A stretch of 64,000 bases of DNA from an uncultured Bdellovibrionales bacterium (GCA_964624415.1 CAZUWR010000002.1:76454-140453); one strand, 5' to 3'. Shown: positions 37,516 to 48,329, counted from the first letter of the stretch. The notes: generated by a model not told the origin, from the sequence alone. Translations and numbers: made by a program.

Positions 37516-37965
37516 TCACCCTGCTTCGCGCAGCGTGCGCTGCATTCGGCGGGTATCGTCTTTTTTGGCTATGGAGTGGCGTTTGTCAAAGGATTTCTTG
37601 CCTTTTCCGACCGCGAACTCAAGCTTGAGAAGACGTCTTCTAGTATACACTCGAAGGGGCACAAGTGTCAAGCCTTGAACGCGGATTTTACCTATAAGAG
37701 AGCGGATTTCAGATTTCTTGAGCAGAAGCTTCCGGGATCGGGTCGGATCGTAGTGGACAAGCTTGCCTGCGAAGGGATAGGGCGGGATAAAGGCGTTGGT
37801 AAGGCATAGTTCAGAGCCCTTGATGGTGACATAGCTTCCTTTGAGGCTCAAATGGCCCGTTTTGACGGACTTAACCTCGTGTCCGAGCAGCACCAAACCA
37901 GCCTCATAGCGATCCAGAAGCTCATAATCGAAACCGGCCCGTTTGTTGACAGCGAGTGTTTTCAT
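37516..37965 (-). CDS. smpB: SsrA-binding protein SmpB
   Basis: MKTLAVNKRAGFDYELLDRYEAGLVLLGHEVKSVK... canonical SmpB. Confidence 0.9.
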   Translation of the reverse strand: MKTLAVNKRAGFDYELLDRYEAGLVLLGHEVKSVKTGHLSLKGSYVTIKGSELCLTNAFIPPYPFAGKLVHYDPTRSRKLLLKKSEIRSLIGKIRVQGLTLVPLRVYTRRRLLKLEFAVGKGKKSFDKRHSIAKKDDTRRMQRTLREAG

Positions 37966-38049
37966 GGCCTTATGGTAGCACAAACAAGGGAAAAATGGAA
38001 GGGCGCCTCATATGGACTTTTTGGCGGGTTTGTTTTAGAATGGGTCTAT

Positions 38050-39675
38050 ATGAAGCATCAAATTGAACAATTGATCGGGAAGAGCATCGAAGCTCTTCAG
38101 CAGAGTGGTGTCTGGCCTGAGTTTGCTGTGCCTTCAATCGAGGTGACGCGGCCGAAAAGCGAGGCTTTCGGGGACTATACGACCAATATCGCTTTGGTAT
38201 TGGCGAAAGTGGTCGGAAAAAGCCCGATGGAAATCGCGACTGTTTTGAGGGATGAGATTGTGAAAAGTGCTCAAAATGATTCTGAGAGCATGATTGCGAC
38301 CGTTGAGGTGGCAGCGCCCGGATATATCAACTTCTCCTTTTCGCAGGGATATTTCGAGACTGTCATGACACGGATCATACAGGAGAAACACGCGTACGGT
38401 GACACTCAGGCCGGTGCCGGCATGAAAGTGAATAATGAGTTCATTTCCGCCAATCCGACCGGGCCGCTCACGGTAGGGAATGGTCGCGGAGGATTCTTTG
38501 GCGATTCTTTGGCGCGTATTTTGCGTAAGTCCGGATTTGATGTGACCAATGAATACTATGTCAATGATGCGGGTGAACAGGTGATGAAGCTTGGTCACAG
38601 CGTCCTGAAAGATGCCGAGGCGGTCTATGGCGGGGAGTATATTGAAAGTATCAATAAACAATTAACAAAAAACAATCAACACAAGACAGTGCGGGAAGCG
38701 GGCGAATGGGCGGCGCGGTTTGTACTGGAAGAATATATCCAAAAAACCGTTGCCGAAAAAATGCAGGTGAGCTTTGATGTCTGGATGTCTGAGAAAAAGC
38801 TCTTTGAAGAAGGCAATGTCGATAAGGCGATCGAGACATTGAAAGCGAAAGAACTGACGTTTGAGGTGGATGGTGCGCTGTGGTTTCGCTCGACGCAATT
38901 TGGTGATGACAAGGATCGTGTGCTGGTTAAAAGCGATGGGAATAAGACCTATTTTGCTTCCGACTGCGGGTATACCCTCTCTAAGATGGAGCGCGGGTTC
39001 ACACGCTTGATCGAAATCTGGGGAGCGGATCATCATGGATACATCAACCGTTTCAAGGCGGCTGCGCAGGCACTGGGGCTTCCTGATGATACGGTGCAGT
39101 TTCTGATCGTGCAGCTTGTGAAGGTGATGAAGGATGGCAAGGAGGTACGTATGAGCAAGCGCGCCGGCAATGTCGTCTTGATCGATGATCTGATCGAAGC
39201 GGTCGGTCACGATGTGACACGCTTCTTTTTCCTGATGTATGCGCCTGATACGCATATGAACTTCGACCTCGGTTTGGCGCAGGAACACTCGCAGAAAAAC
39301 CCGGTGTTTTATGTGCAGTACGCCCACGCGCGTATCGCGAGCATTTTGCGTAAGGCGGATGAAGCGGGAGCAATACTTGAGAATACAAGCACTGCTCAAG
39401 CATCCTGGCATGAGAAGGAGCTTTCGCTCGGCCGTCAGCTCGCGCTCTTTCCGGAGCTTGTTAGCAGTGTTTCACAGAGTTATGAAGTGCATAAGATCCC
39501 GCATTATGCTATCGGATTGGCAGATGCATTTCATTCGTTTTACAATGATTGCAAAGTGATCGATGAAGAACACCCGGACGTGACCGCGAGGCGTTTGCGG
39601 ATAGTTTCAGCGACCAAAATCGTGCTGGCGGAGACTTTGCGCCTCATCGGTGTCGACGCCCCAGAGAAAATGTAA
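38050..39675 (+). CDS. argS: Arginyl-tRNA synthetase, with in-frame Q/N/K insertion
   Basis: Start at MKHQIEQLIG (ATG 38050). HIGH-like and KMSK motifs (MSKRAGN). Insertion INKQLTKNNQHKT at ~38650..38690 encoded by CAATCAACA-type repeat. Confidence 0.9.
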   Translation: MKHQIEQLIGKSIEALQQSGVWPEFAVPSIEVTRPKSEAFGDYTTNIALVLAKVVGKSPMEIATVLRDEIVKSAQNDSESMIATVEVAAPGYINFSFSQGYFETVMTRIIQEKHAYGDTQAGAGMKVNNEFISANPTGPLTVGNGRGGFFGDSLARILRKSGFDVTNEYYVNDAGEQVMKLGHSVLKDAEAVYGGEYIESINKQLTKNNQHKTVREAGEWAARFVLEEYIQKTVAEKMQVSFDVWMSEKKLFEEGNVDKAIETLKAKELTFEVDGALWFRSTQFGDDKDRVLVKSDGNKTYFASDCGYTLSKMERGFTRLIEIWGADHHGYINRFKAAAQALGLPDDTVQFLIVQLVKVMKDGKEVRMSKRAGNVVLIDDLIEAVGHDVTRFFFLMYAPDTHMNFDLGLAQEHSQKNPVFYVQYAHARIASILRKADEAGAILENTSTAQASWHEKELSLGRQLALFPELVSSVSQSYEVHKIPHYAIGLADAFHSFYNDCKVIDEEHPDVTARRLRIVSATKIVLAETLRLIGVDAPEKM

Positions 39676-39949
39676 TCATTTTAACGTCTCTTTGTATGCT
39701 CAATGACCCAAAAACTGATCTTTTCCCTTTTGCTCTTATCATCACGATAGTGACCGTATTGTTTTTTGCGGGAGCGCTTCTTTTGGATATGACAAAGTAG
39801 TGACGTGGTTTCCACAATAGACAGCTTTGAAACCGAGCTGTTTTTTTGTACGCCTCGATGAGTGATAAAAAACTTCGGAGAGATGGACAAAACCCGCTGA
39901 AAGTGTTAGCCTAAAGAGAATCCTTTATGACCCATAATCCTCCATCCGT

Positions 39950-41041
39950 ATGAAACGAAACCTCATTATCGCCGCCATTCTCGTAGTTGGTAGTATAGTC
40001 CTTTACCGCGTGATGCATACTGCTCCGTCGGATACAGCGACGCCATCGGAAGTACCAGCAATAACGCATGTCTCGGTTGTGCCAGTCGCTTCCGGCAATG
40101 CCGCATCTCGCGATACGAGCTATCAGGCATCCGTGGAGAGCATACAGAACACGGCCGTCAAAGCGTTTTCTTCCGGAACACTGACCAGCCTGCGCGTGCG
40201 TTTGGGCGATCGCGTCTCCGTCGGGCAGGTCTTGGCGACTGTCGAGAATCCGGCAAGCAGCGTAGATGTGTCCGATGCTTCTGTGCGCAATGCGGATATC
40301 AATCAAGCGCAGATCACAGTCGATTTGATGAAGAAAGCATATCAGGAGGCGCGGCGTGTCTATGATAATGATCACACGCATGCCAACGAACTGGCAAAAA
40401 AATCCGCGCAATTGCGATACGAGAGCGCGCAGGTGGCGTTGCAATCTTTGCTCGACGGACACATCGTCAAAAGCCCTGTAGCAGGCACGGTGACTTCTTT
40501 GCCGGGAAGCGTCAATAGCACGGTTTCAGTAGGACAAGATATCGCGACTATCGGTTTGCCGGAGAATGCCAAAGTGATTTTCTTTGTGAGTCAGTCGCAG
40601 TTGTCCGATATCGCGCTCGGGAAAAAAGTGATGATACAGGGAAATGATCAAACGGTGAATGGTACGATCACACGTATCGCTCCGCAGGCCGATGCTTCGA
40701 CGGGAAAGTTCTTCATTGAAGTGCATCCAGAGACTTTGAAGGGGAAAGGATTGCTTCCGGGGACAAGCGCTAAGGTTTCCGTACCGACACAGGTGACGGC
40801 CAATGACGCATCGATGGTGCTTCCGCTCGAAGCATTGCTTATCGGGCAAAACACCAATGCGATCTTTGTTATTCATACGGGCGAGACCGTCGTGCACAAG
40901 GTCACGGCGGATATTGTGAGCATTAAGGGCGGCGTGGCGGAAATACGCACGCGCGATATGGATGCTGCCGATAGCATTGTCACCTCGAATGTACACAGTC
41001 TTGATGACGGCGAAACAGTGGTTATTGAAGGTAATAAATAA
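39950..41041 (+). CDS. Efflux RND transporter periplasmic adaptor subunit (membrane fusion protein)
   Basis: N-terminal anchor, biotinyl/lipoyl-like hairpin domain (VRLGDRVSVGQVLATVE), beta-barrel domain. Immediately upstream of RND permease. Confidence 0.75.
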   Translation: MKRNLIIAAILVVGSIVLYRVMHTAPSDTATPSEVPAITHVSVVPVASGNAASRDTSYQASVESIQNTAVKAFSSGTLTSLRVRLGDRVSVGQVLATVENPASSVDVSDASVRNADINQAQITVDLMKKAYQEARRVYDNDHTHANELAKKSAQLRYESAQVALQSLLDGHIVKSPVAGTVTSLPGSVNSTVSVGQDIATIGLPENAKVIFFVSQSQLSDIALGKKVMIQGNDQTVNGTITRIAPQADASTGKFFIEVHPETLKGKGLLPGTSAKVSVPTQVTANDASMVLPLEALLIGQNTNAIFVIHTGETVVHKVTADIVSIKGGVAEIRTRDMDAADSIVTSNVHSLDDGETVVIEGNK

Positions 41042-41047
41042 ACAGTT

Positions 41048-44000
41048 ATGCATAAACAACCGCAAGAACAACTTTCCTCCGATCAATCCTATTTGGCCCG
41101 ATTGCAATTCAATCCGCGTCTTCGTAAAAGCATCTTCAATTTCTTTGTAGTCAATTTCCGCGTGGTGTTGCTTATGATCGCCGCCTTGACCGCATGGGGT
41201 ATGTATTCATATCAGCAGTTGCCGCGCGAGTCCAATCCGGAAATCAAGATACCGGTGGCTATCGTGAACACCTCGTACCCGGGAGCATCTCCCACCGATG
41301 TGGAGGATCTTGTGACTAAGAAACTGGAAACAGCTATCTCCGGATTGCGCGGTATCAAAAAAATTACTTCTTCTTCGGCCACATCCGTCTCCACTATCAG
41401 TGTTGAATTTGAAGCAGGGGAAGATGTGAAGGATTCTATCCGGACGCTTCGTGACAAAGTCATCGATGTGAAAAGCACATTGCCAAGTGAAGCTAAAGAC
41501 CCGGTCGTACAGGAAGTTTCTTTTGATGATCAGCCGATACTTACGATGGCATTGACGGGTCCGTATGACGGCCTGACCATGCGGCACTATGCGGATGATA
41601 TCAAGAAGGAACTCGAAAAAGTATCCGGTGTCCGGGAGGTGCGGGTATCCGGCGGTGATGAGATAGAATTCTCCATCGCGTATGATCAGAACAAACTTTT
41701 GGCCTATGGTATTTCACTGGCGCAAGCCAATCAAGCGGTCGCAAGTGCCAATATGACGCTCCCGAGCGGTACGATTGATAACAACGGTTTCACGTATTCG
41801 GTGCGTACGGATGCAAGGATATTCGATGCGCAGGCTTTGGGCGACACGCCGCTGGTTAGTCACGGCAATGGCAATACTTTGTATCTGAAGGATGTCGCTA
41901 CCGTCGAGGAAAAGGCTATCAAAAGAACGGTATTGTCACGCATTTCCTCGCACGGTTCGCAGCCTCAGGATGCGGTGACGATCAGCATTATCAAACGCTC
42001 AGGAGGATCGATCATCAATACCGTCGATCAATCCAAGTCCATTGTGGAAGCAGCTATCACCAAACTGCCATCGGGCATTTCGTATGACACGACCACCAAT
42101 TTGGGCACGCGCATCCGTAAGGACTTCACCCAGCTCGGGCATGATTTCTTGGTGACCGTGATACTGGTGATGATCACGCTTTTTGCGTTGGTTGGTTTTA
42201 AGGAGGCTTTGATCGCGGGGCTGGCAATACCGTTGGTATTTTTCTCGACTTTCGGAGTGATGCTTATGACCGGTGTGAGCCTCAACTTTCTCTCGCTTTT
42301 TTCATTGCTCTTGGCGCTTGGACTCTTGGTGGACGATGCTATCGTGGTGGTATCGGCGACGAAGCAGTACCTGCGTACGGGAAAATTCACGCCGGAAGAA
42401 GCCGTGCTCCTCGTACTTAATGATTTTAAAATAGTCCTCACCACGACGACGCTGGCGACGGTGTGGGCGTTTTTACCATTGCTTTTGGCATCGGGTATGA
42501 TGGGAGAGTTTCTTAAGTCGATCCCGATCACGGTTTCGGTGGTACTGACCGCGTCGCTATTGGTCGCGCTTTTTATCAATCATCCACTGGCCGCATTGCT
42601 CGAGCGCATACGATTGACGAAAGGCATCTTTTGGTCGATGGTAGCGATTTTGGTTGGACTCGGTATATTTTTGATACAGCAGCACACTCTATGGGGATAT
42701 GCGAGCGCGGTCGTAATCGCGATCGGCGTCCTGGCGATACTCGTGTGGTATCGAAGGTATAGGGATGTCTTGCTCAATAACACACGATTGGTCGCGCTCG
42801 AGTGGCGAAGCGACGAGGCTATCAAAGAAAAATTGCGCGCCGCCGGTGCTCACGAGGATACGTCTTTGGGCAGTCGATTGATGCATGGCATCGTGCGTTT
42901 TGAGCGTATCGTGCCGGTCTATGAAAAGTACCTGCGCGCGGTTGTGTTTCAGAAAGCGAATCGTATTAAGATGCTTGTTTTTACGGCGATAGTCTTCGTG
43001 CTTGCGGTATTGTTGCCTGTGAGCGGTATCGTGCGCACGGAGTTTTTTCCTGTGTCCGATCAGGAGTATATCTTTATCAATATCACTGCGCCGACCGGTC
43101 TGCAGCTCAATCAAACCGATTACATCGTCGAAAAAGTCGAGCAGGATTTGCGTCAGTATCCGGAGATTGTGAATTTCTCGACGACCGTGGGTCAGGCGGG
43201 AGCATCGCAGAATCGAGCGGGTTCGATAAGTCGGCCGTCATCCAATCTCGCTTCATTCGTCGTGACACTTTCCGATCCGAAAGAACGAACCGTGCCTTCA
43301 TACACTTTAGCCGAAACAATGCGCGAGCACCTCAAGGACATTACGGAAGCGCAGGTTTCCGTCGAGTCACAGCAAAGCGGACCGCCGTCTGGAGCTTCGT
43401 TTGAGGCGCGTGTCACGGGGGATGATTTGCAAAAACTCGATAGCATCACCAAGGATCTGCAAGTATTCCTGCACGATATTCCTGGTGTCATCAATATCGA
43501 CTCGTCGCTGCGTGAGGCACCGGCAGATTATACTTTTACGCTCGATCCGCAAAAACTCTCCGCGTACGGACTGAGTGCTGCACAGGTGGGATCGGTACTT
43601 CGTACAGCGCTCTTTGGTACCGAGGTGAGTACCGTGCTCAAGAATAACGACGAGTACAAAATTATCGCGCGCTTCGACGATGCGCAGGTCGCCAATCTTG
43701 ACGCGCTCAGCGATGTGCAAATCATGAACGCGCAGGGCAAGGCGATAGCCCTTCGGGATGTGGCAACCATCGAACTTAAACCGTCCATCAATGCTATCTC
43801 GCGTATCGATCAGAAACGCGCGGTGCTGCTCACGGCGGGCGTCGACACGACTACCAAGCCAGCCGATGTCCTGGCAGCATTCCAGAAGCGAGTCGCGAAA
43901 GAGTATCCGCTCCCAACCGGGTACGACATCATCTATGGCGGAGAGAATGAACAGAATCAGGAATCAGTATTTTCGATCCTGCGCGCTTTGGTCATTGCTA

Positions 44001-44455
44001 TCATCCTGATCATCGTGACGATGGTGGTGCAGTTCAATTCGTTTCGACAGTCGGCCATCGTGCTCGTGACACTACCATTGGCGCTTATCGGTGTGTTCGT
44101 CGGTATGGCGATATTCCGCGTCCCGCTCAGTTTCCCCGGGCTCATCGGTATCCTCGCGCTCTTCGGTATCGTGGTGAAAAACGCTATCATCCTGATCGAC
44201 AAGATGAATCTCAATCTCAAGAGTGGCATCGCCTTCGATGAGGCGATCGTGGATGCGGGCAAGTCACGTATCGAAGCGATTATCATCACGTCGTTGTGTA
44301 CTATCCTCGGCATCATCCCTATCACCCTTTCCAACGCGCTCTGGCAGGCGCTTGGCTCTGCGGTCATCTTCGGTCTCATCTTCTCCTCGTTCCTCACGCT
44401 TTTCATCGTCCCGATACTGTTTTATATGTCGATGAGGAAAAAGGCATCGAATTGA
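41048..44455 (+). CDS. Efflux RND transporter permease (AcrB/HAE family)
   Basis: 1135 aa, 12 TM helices in two 6-TM bundles with large periplasmic loops; typical AcrB-family organisation. Confidence 0.85.
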   Translation: MHKQPQEQLSSDQSYLARLQFNPRLRKSIFNFFVVNFRVVLLMIAALTAWGMYSYQQLPRESNPEIKIPVAIVNTSYPGASPTDVEDLVTKKLETAISGLRGIKKITSSSATSVSTISVEFEAGEDVKDSIRTLRDKVIDVKSTLPSEAKDPVVQEVSFDDQPILTMALTGPYDGLTMRHYADDIKKELEKVSGVREVRVSGGDEIEFSIAYDQNKLLAYGISLAQANQAVASANMTLPSGTIDNNGFTYSVRTDARIFDAQALGDTPLVSHGNGNTLYLKDVATVEEKAIKRTVLSRISSHGSQPQDAVTISIIKRSGGSIINTVDQSKSIVEAAITKLPSGISYDTTTNLGTRIRKDFTQLGHDFLVTVILVMITLFALVGFKEALIAGLAIPLVFFSTFGVMLMTGVSLNFLSLFSLLLALGLLVDDAIVVVSATKQYLRTGKFTPEEAVLLVLNDFKIVLTTTTLATVWAFLPLLLASGMMGEFLKSIPITVSVVLTASLLVALFINHPLAALLERIRLTKGIFWSMVAILVGLGIFLIQQHTLWGYASAVVIAIGVLAILVWYRRYRDVLLNNTRLVALEWRSDEAIKEKLRAAGAHEDTSLGSRLMHGIVRFERIVPVYEKYLRAVVFQKANRIKMLVFTAIVFVLAVLLPVSGIVRTEFFPVSDQEYIFINITAPTGLQLNQTDYIVEKVEQDLRQYPEIVNFSTTVGQAGASQNRAGSISRPSSNLASFVVTLSDPKERTVPSYTLAETMREHLKDITEAQVSVESQQSGPPSGASFEARVTGDDLQKLDSITKDLQVFLHDIPGVINIDSSLREAPADYTFTLDPQKLSAYGLSAAQVGSVLRTALFGTEVSTVLKNNDEYKIIARFDDAQVANLDALSDVQIMNAQGKAIALRDVATIELKPSINAISRIDQKRAVLLTAGVDTTTKPADVLAAFQKRVAKEYPLPTGYDIIYGGENEQNQESVFSILRALVIAIILIIVTMVVQFNSFRQSAIVLVTLPLALIGVFVGMAIFRVPLSFPGLIGILALFGIVVKNAIILIDKMNLNLKSGIAFDEAIVDAGKSRIEAIIITSLCTILGIIPITLSNALWQALGSAVIFGLIFSSFLTLFIVPILFYMSMRKKASN

Positions 44456-44545
44456 TTTTTTTCGGTTCGGGTGCTATGGTAGAAGTACAATCACAGAAGC
44501 TATGATGGAGGTATCGCTCCGGAGCTATGGAAAGAAAACTTAATT

Positions 44546-44614
44546 TGTCATCCTGAGCGTAGTCGAAGGATCTGGCGTATAGAGGTAAAGATTCCTCGAC
44601 TACGCTCGGAATGA
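44546..44614. repeat. 23 bp near-perfect inverted repeat (gtcatcctgagcgtagtcgaagga ... tcctcgactacgctcggaatgac) with 22 nt spacer
   Basis: Seen directly; downstream of RND permease gene. Not followed by a T-tract, so not a classic terminator. Confidence 0.6.
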
Positions 44615-44842
44615 CACTCAAGTGAGTAGACTCCATCGGGTAGGCCCGTAACAGCCGTCAATGAAGGATAGTTTCCTCTCAAAAATTCTTGATTATTGGA
44701 ATTTGATGATTGGTTATTATCGAAAAAAGGTGGTACCACGATTTATTCGTCCTTAATGCGTTTTCGCATTGAGGATTTTTTGTTTTGTGACGATGCGCCA
44801 CGTTAGCGTTATTTTGAAGAAGTTAATAAATAGAATATTTTT

Positions 44843-45286
44843 ATGGAAGGAATAAAACCGACAACTATTTCTGTCGCGCTTGTTATGTACAATGAGGATC
44901 GGTCAAAATTTCTTGTCGTGAAACGTCCGGAGGACGATCCTGCTATGGCTGGTCACTGGGGTTTTCCTGCGGCATCAAAAAAGAATCCGGATGAAGCGTG
45001 GGAAGATGTAATCGCGCGAGCAGCACAAACGAAGCTTGGTGTGGAAGTAGAGATAACTAAGATGCTCGGAGAGGATACGATCGATAGGGGCGCATACATT
45101 TTGATTCTAAGGGATTATGAAGTCAAAATAACCAAAGGACAACCGCACGTGCCTCAAAAGAGTGAAGGAACAACTCAGTATATTGAGCAGAAATGGACGG
45201 ATGATGTCGCTGATCTGCAGAAATCGGCCAGGGAGGGGCCGCTGTGTTCCAGGGTTTTCCTGCGAACGAAGGGCATTACATGGTAA
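44843..45286 (+). CDS. NUDIX hydrolase-like protein (degenerate Nudix box)
   Basis: 147 aa. GHWGFPAASKKNPDEAWEDVIARAAQTKLGVEV approximates Gx5Ex7REUxEExGU with substitutions. Confidence 0.4.
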   Translation: MEGIKPTTISVALVMYNEDRSKFLVVKRPEDDPAMAGHWGFPAASKKNPDEAWEDVIARAAQTKLGVEVEITKMLGEDTIDRGAYILILRDYEVKITKGQPHVPQKSEGTTQYIEQKWTDDVADLQKSAREGPLCSRVFLRTKGITW

Positions 45287-45305
45287 ATAGTGTATAAGCA
45301 AACCT

Positions 45306-48300
45306 ATGAAAAAAGTGGATGTTCGGCAGTCGCTGCCCAAGATGGAAGAGGAAGTCTTGAAGTACTGGTCGGAAGAAAAAATATTTGAGAAGTCAATCAA
45401 TAATCGTGCCGACGCTCCCGTGTACAGCTTCTACGACGGGCCGCCTTTCGCGACCGGGACGCCGCACTACGGGCACTTGGTAGCAAGTGCGCTCAAGGAC
45501 GCCGTGCCACGCTATTGGACGATGCGCGGGTTTTCGGTGGAGCGCAAGTGGGGCTGGGATTGCCATGGACTGCCGATCGAAAACATCGCCGAGAAAGCGC
45601 TGGGCGTGAAGCATAAGAAAGATATCGAAGAGATGGGTGTGGAGAAGTTCAACGAATTTTGTCGATCGACAGTATTGGAATATGTGGATGATTGGAAGAA
45701 AGTCATCACCCGCTTCGGACGATGGGCGGATATGGAGCACGCCTACAAGACGATGGACAAGGACTATATGGAATCGGTCTGGTGGGTGTTCAAGCAGCTT
45801 TGGGACAAGGGGCTTATCTATGAGAGCTATCGGATCATGCATGTCTGCACCCGCTGCGAGACGACGCTGTCGCAGTCCGAGGTGAGCGAAGGATATACGG
45901 ACGTGAAGGATCTGTCGGCGACGGTGAAATTTGAACTGGTCGACGAACCGGGTACATTTGTCTTGGCTTGGACGACAACCCCTTGGACGTTGCCGGGGAA
46001 TGTGGCTTTGGCGGTGGGGGAGGATATTGAGTATGTAAAAGTAAAAGATACTTGGTTTGAATTGTTCAAAGAAGAAGGGAAAGAGGGTAAGTTTTTCACG
46101 GAATATATTATTCTCTCCAAAACCGCCTTTCATAACGGACTTTATAATAAGGCGCTCGAAAATGGAAAACATGTTCGAGGGTTTCATAATACACAACCAG
46201 AGGTTATTGAAACATTTAGAGGATCAGAATTAGTTGGTAAAAAATACACCCCGCCATTTGATTCATATTACACAGATGAGACATTGAAAGACCGTGAGAA
46301 TGGGTGGAAAATTGTCCATGCGGATTTTGTGACGACCGATATGGGAACGGGCATTGCACACGAAGCACCGGCCTTTGGTGATGATGATTGGGAATTACTC
46401 AAGAAAGAACACTTGCCATTCGTGCAGCATGTCAATCTCGATGGGACGATTAAGGCTGAAGTGAAAGAATTGGCAGGACTTTCTGTGAAATCCAAAGAAA
46501 ACCCGCAAGCGACGGATATCGAAGTCATCAAATACCTTGCCGGTAAAGGACTGCTTTTTGCGAAAGAAAAATACGAGCACAGCTATCCGCACTGCTGGCG
46601 CTGCGATACCCCGCTTATTAATTATGCGACGAGCTCGTGGTTCGTGAAGGTGACGGACGTGAAAGAAAAAGCCCTAAAGACGGCGAAGGAAATCGAATGG
46701 TCACCCGAGCATGTGAAGGCGGGGCGCTTCGGCAAGTGGCTCGAAGGCGCGCGCGACTGGTCTATCAGCCGGCAGCGGTTTTGGGCGAGCGTGATGCCGG
46801 TGTGGAAATGTGACGGCAATCAACAATCAACACAGAACAATCAACAGGGATGCGGCTGGGTAAAAGTTTTTGAGTCGACAAAAGATTTGTGGGCGGTTAG
46901 CGGTGTTGAGATTAATGACTTGCATAAACACATCGTTGATAAAATAACATTTCCGTGTGAGCAATGTAATGGCACCATGAAGCGCATTCCCGATGTGCTC
47001 GACACCTGGTTTGATAGTGGTTCGATGCCGTATGCGCAGATGCACTATATGGGTGAAGGAAGCGAGAATGCGGAAAAATTCGAGAAGAGTTTCCCGGCAC
47101 AGTTTATCGCCGAAGGTATCGATCAGACCCGTGCCTGGTTTTACTACCTGCACATCCTGAGTGCAGCCTTGATGGAAAAGCCTGCCTTCAAACACGTAAT
47201 CGTCAACGGCATCGTCCAGGCGGAGGATGGCAAGAAAATGTCCAAGCGTCTCAACAATTATCCCGATCCAATGCTGATGTTTGAGAAACACGGCGCGGAC
47301 GCGATGCGGCTCTACCTGCTTTCTTCGCCGATCGTTTCGGCCGAAAACCTCAATTTTTCTGAAAAGGATATGTCGGAAATCTCGCGCAATGTTTTCCGTA
47401 TGCTGTGGAATTCATATTCGTTTTTTGTGATGTATGCGGAAATTGATGGATGGGCTCCTTCGCAATCAACAATCAACAATCAGCAATCAACAAAGAATAT
47501 ACTCGATAGGTGGATGTTGTCCGAACTGCAGTTGCTGATCAAGGAAGTGAACGGGTATATGGAAGGGTATGATATGATGCGGTCGACACGCGCTTTTGCA
47601 CCGTTTATCGACCACCTATCCAACTGGTATATCCGTCGTTCCCGCAAGCGCTTCTGGAAGTCCGAAGATGACAGTGACAAGAATGCGGCCTATCAGACTT
47701 TGCATACCGTGCTGGTGACGCTCGCCAAGCTGATGGCGCCGTTCACGCCGTTCATCGCCGAAGAAATCTACCGCAACCTGACGGGCGAGGAGTCCGTACA
47801 CCTGACTGATTATCCTGTGGCGGATGAGGGGTTGATTGATGAGCAGTTGAATGAGAATATGCAACACGCACGTTTTATCGTGACGGTTGGATTGAAATTT
47901 CGCGCTGATCAAAAAGTAAAAGTAAGGCAACCGCTTTTGTCGGTTACGGCGCGTCCAATTGAAAAAGAGTTGCAAGATATCGTGACAGATGAGTTAAACG
48001 TGAAACAATACATCAGTCAGGAAGGTATGGATGGACTTGTCCAACTTGATCTCACCATCACCCCCGAACTCAAAAAAGAAGGACAGGCGAGGGAAATCAT
48101 CCGCTTTATCCAAGAGACACGCAAGGAAGCGGGATTTGAGGTGGATGACCGTATCGAGGTGGGGTATGAGGGATTCGAGACCATCTTTGATACCGCCGAG
48201 CTCAGAGACCTTATCGCCAAGGAAGTCCTCGCGGAAAAAGGTCTGCGCGCAGGCGAGATAGCCCAGACGGATATTGCCAAAGAAACTACTATCGATGGCG

Positions 48301-48329
48301 TGAAGCTGATGGTATGGCTCAAAAGGTAA
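45306..48329 (+). CDS. valS: Valyl-tRNA synthetase, with two in-frame Q/N/S/T insertions
   Basis: HIGH (PHYGHLVAS) and KMSKS (KMSKRL) motifs, 1007 aa. Insertions GNQQSTQNNQQG (46818..46852) and SQSTINNQQSTKN (47462..47500) encoded by tandem caatcaaca repeats. Confidence 0.95.
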   Translation: MKKVDVRQSLPKMEEEVLKYWSEEKIFEKSINNRADAPVYSFYDGPPFATGTPHYGHLVASALKDAVPRYWTMRGFSVERKWGWDCHGLPIENIAEKALGVKHKKDIEEMGVEKFNEFCRSTVLEYVDDWKKVITRFGRWADMEHAYKTMDKDYMESVWWVFKQLWDKGLIYESYRIMHVCTRCETTLSQSEVSEGYTDVKDLSATVKFELVDEPGTFVLAWTTTPWTLPGNVALAVGEDIEYVKVKDTWFELFKEEGKEGKFFTEYIILSKTAFHNGLYNKALENGKHVRGFHNTQPEVIETFRGSELVGKKYTPPFDSYYTDETLKDRENGWKIVHADFVTTDMGTGIAHEAPAFGDDDWELLKKEHLPFVQHVNLDGTIKAEVKELAGLSVKSKENPQATDIEVIKYLAGKGLLFAKEKYEHSYPHCWRCDTPLINYATSSWFVKVTDVKEKALKTAKEIEWSPEHVKAGRFGKWLEGARDWSISRQRFWASVMPVWKCDGNQQSTQNNQQGCGWVKVFESTKDLWAVSGVEINDLHKHIVDKITFPCEQCNGTMKRIPDVLDTWFDSGSMPYAQMHYMGEGSENAEKFEKSFPAQFIAEGIDQTRAWFYYLHILSAALMEKPAFKHVIVNGIVQAEDGKKMSKRLNNYPDPMLMFEKHGADAMRLYLLSSPIVSAENLNFSEKDMSEISRNVFRMLWNSYSFFVMYAEIDGWAPSQSTINNQQSTKNILDRWMLSELQLLIKEVNGYMEGYDMMRSTRAFAPFIDHLSNWYIRRSRKRFWKSEDDSDKNAAYQTLHTVLVTLAKLMAPFTPFIAEEIYRNLTGEESVHLTDYPVADEGLIDEQLNENMQHARFIVTVGLKFRADQKVKVRQPLLSVTARPIEKELQDIVTDELNVKQYISQEGMDGLVQLDLTITPELKKEGQAREIIRFIQETRKEAGFEVDDRIEVGYEGFETIFDTAELRDLIAKEVLAEKGLRAGEIAQTDIAKETTIDGVKLMVWLKR

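Noticed and set aside
44546-44614. Inverted repeat as an intrinsic terminator of the RND operon
   Set aside because: No T-tract follows and the 22-nt loop is long. Kept only as an unexplained inverted repeat.
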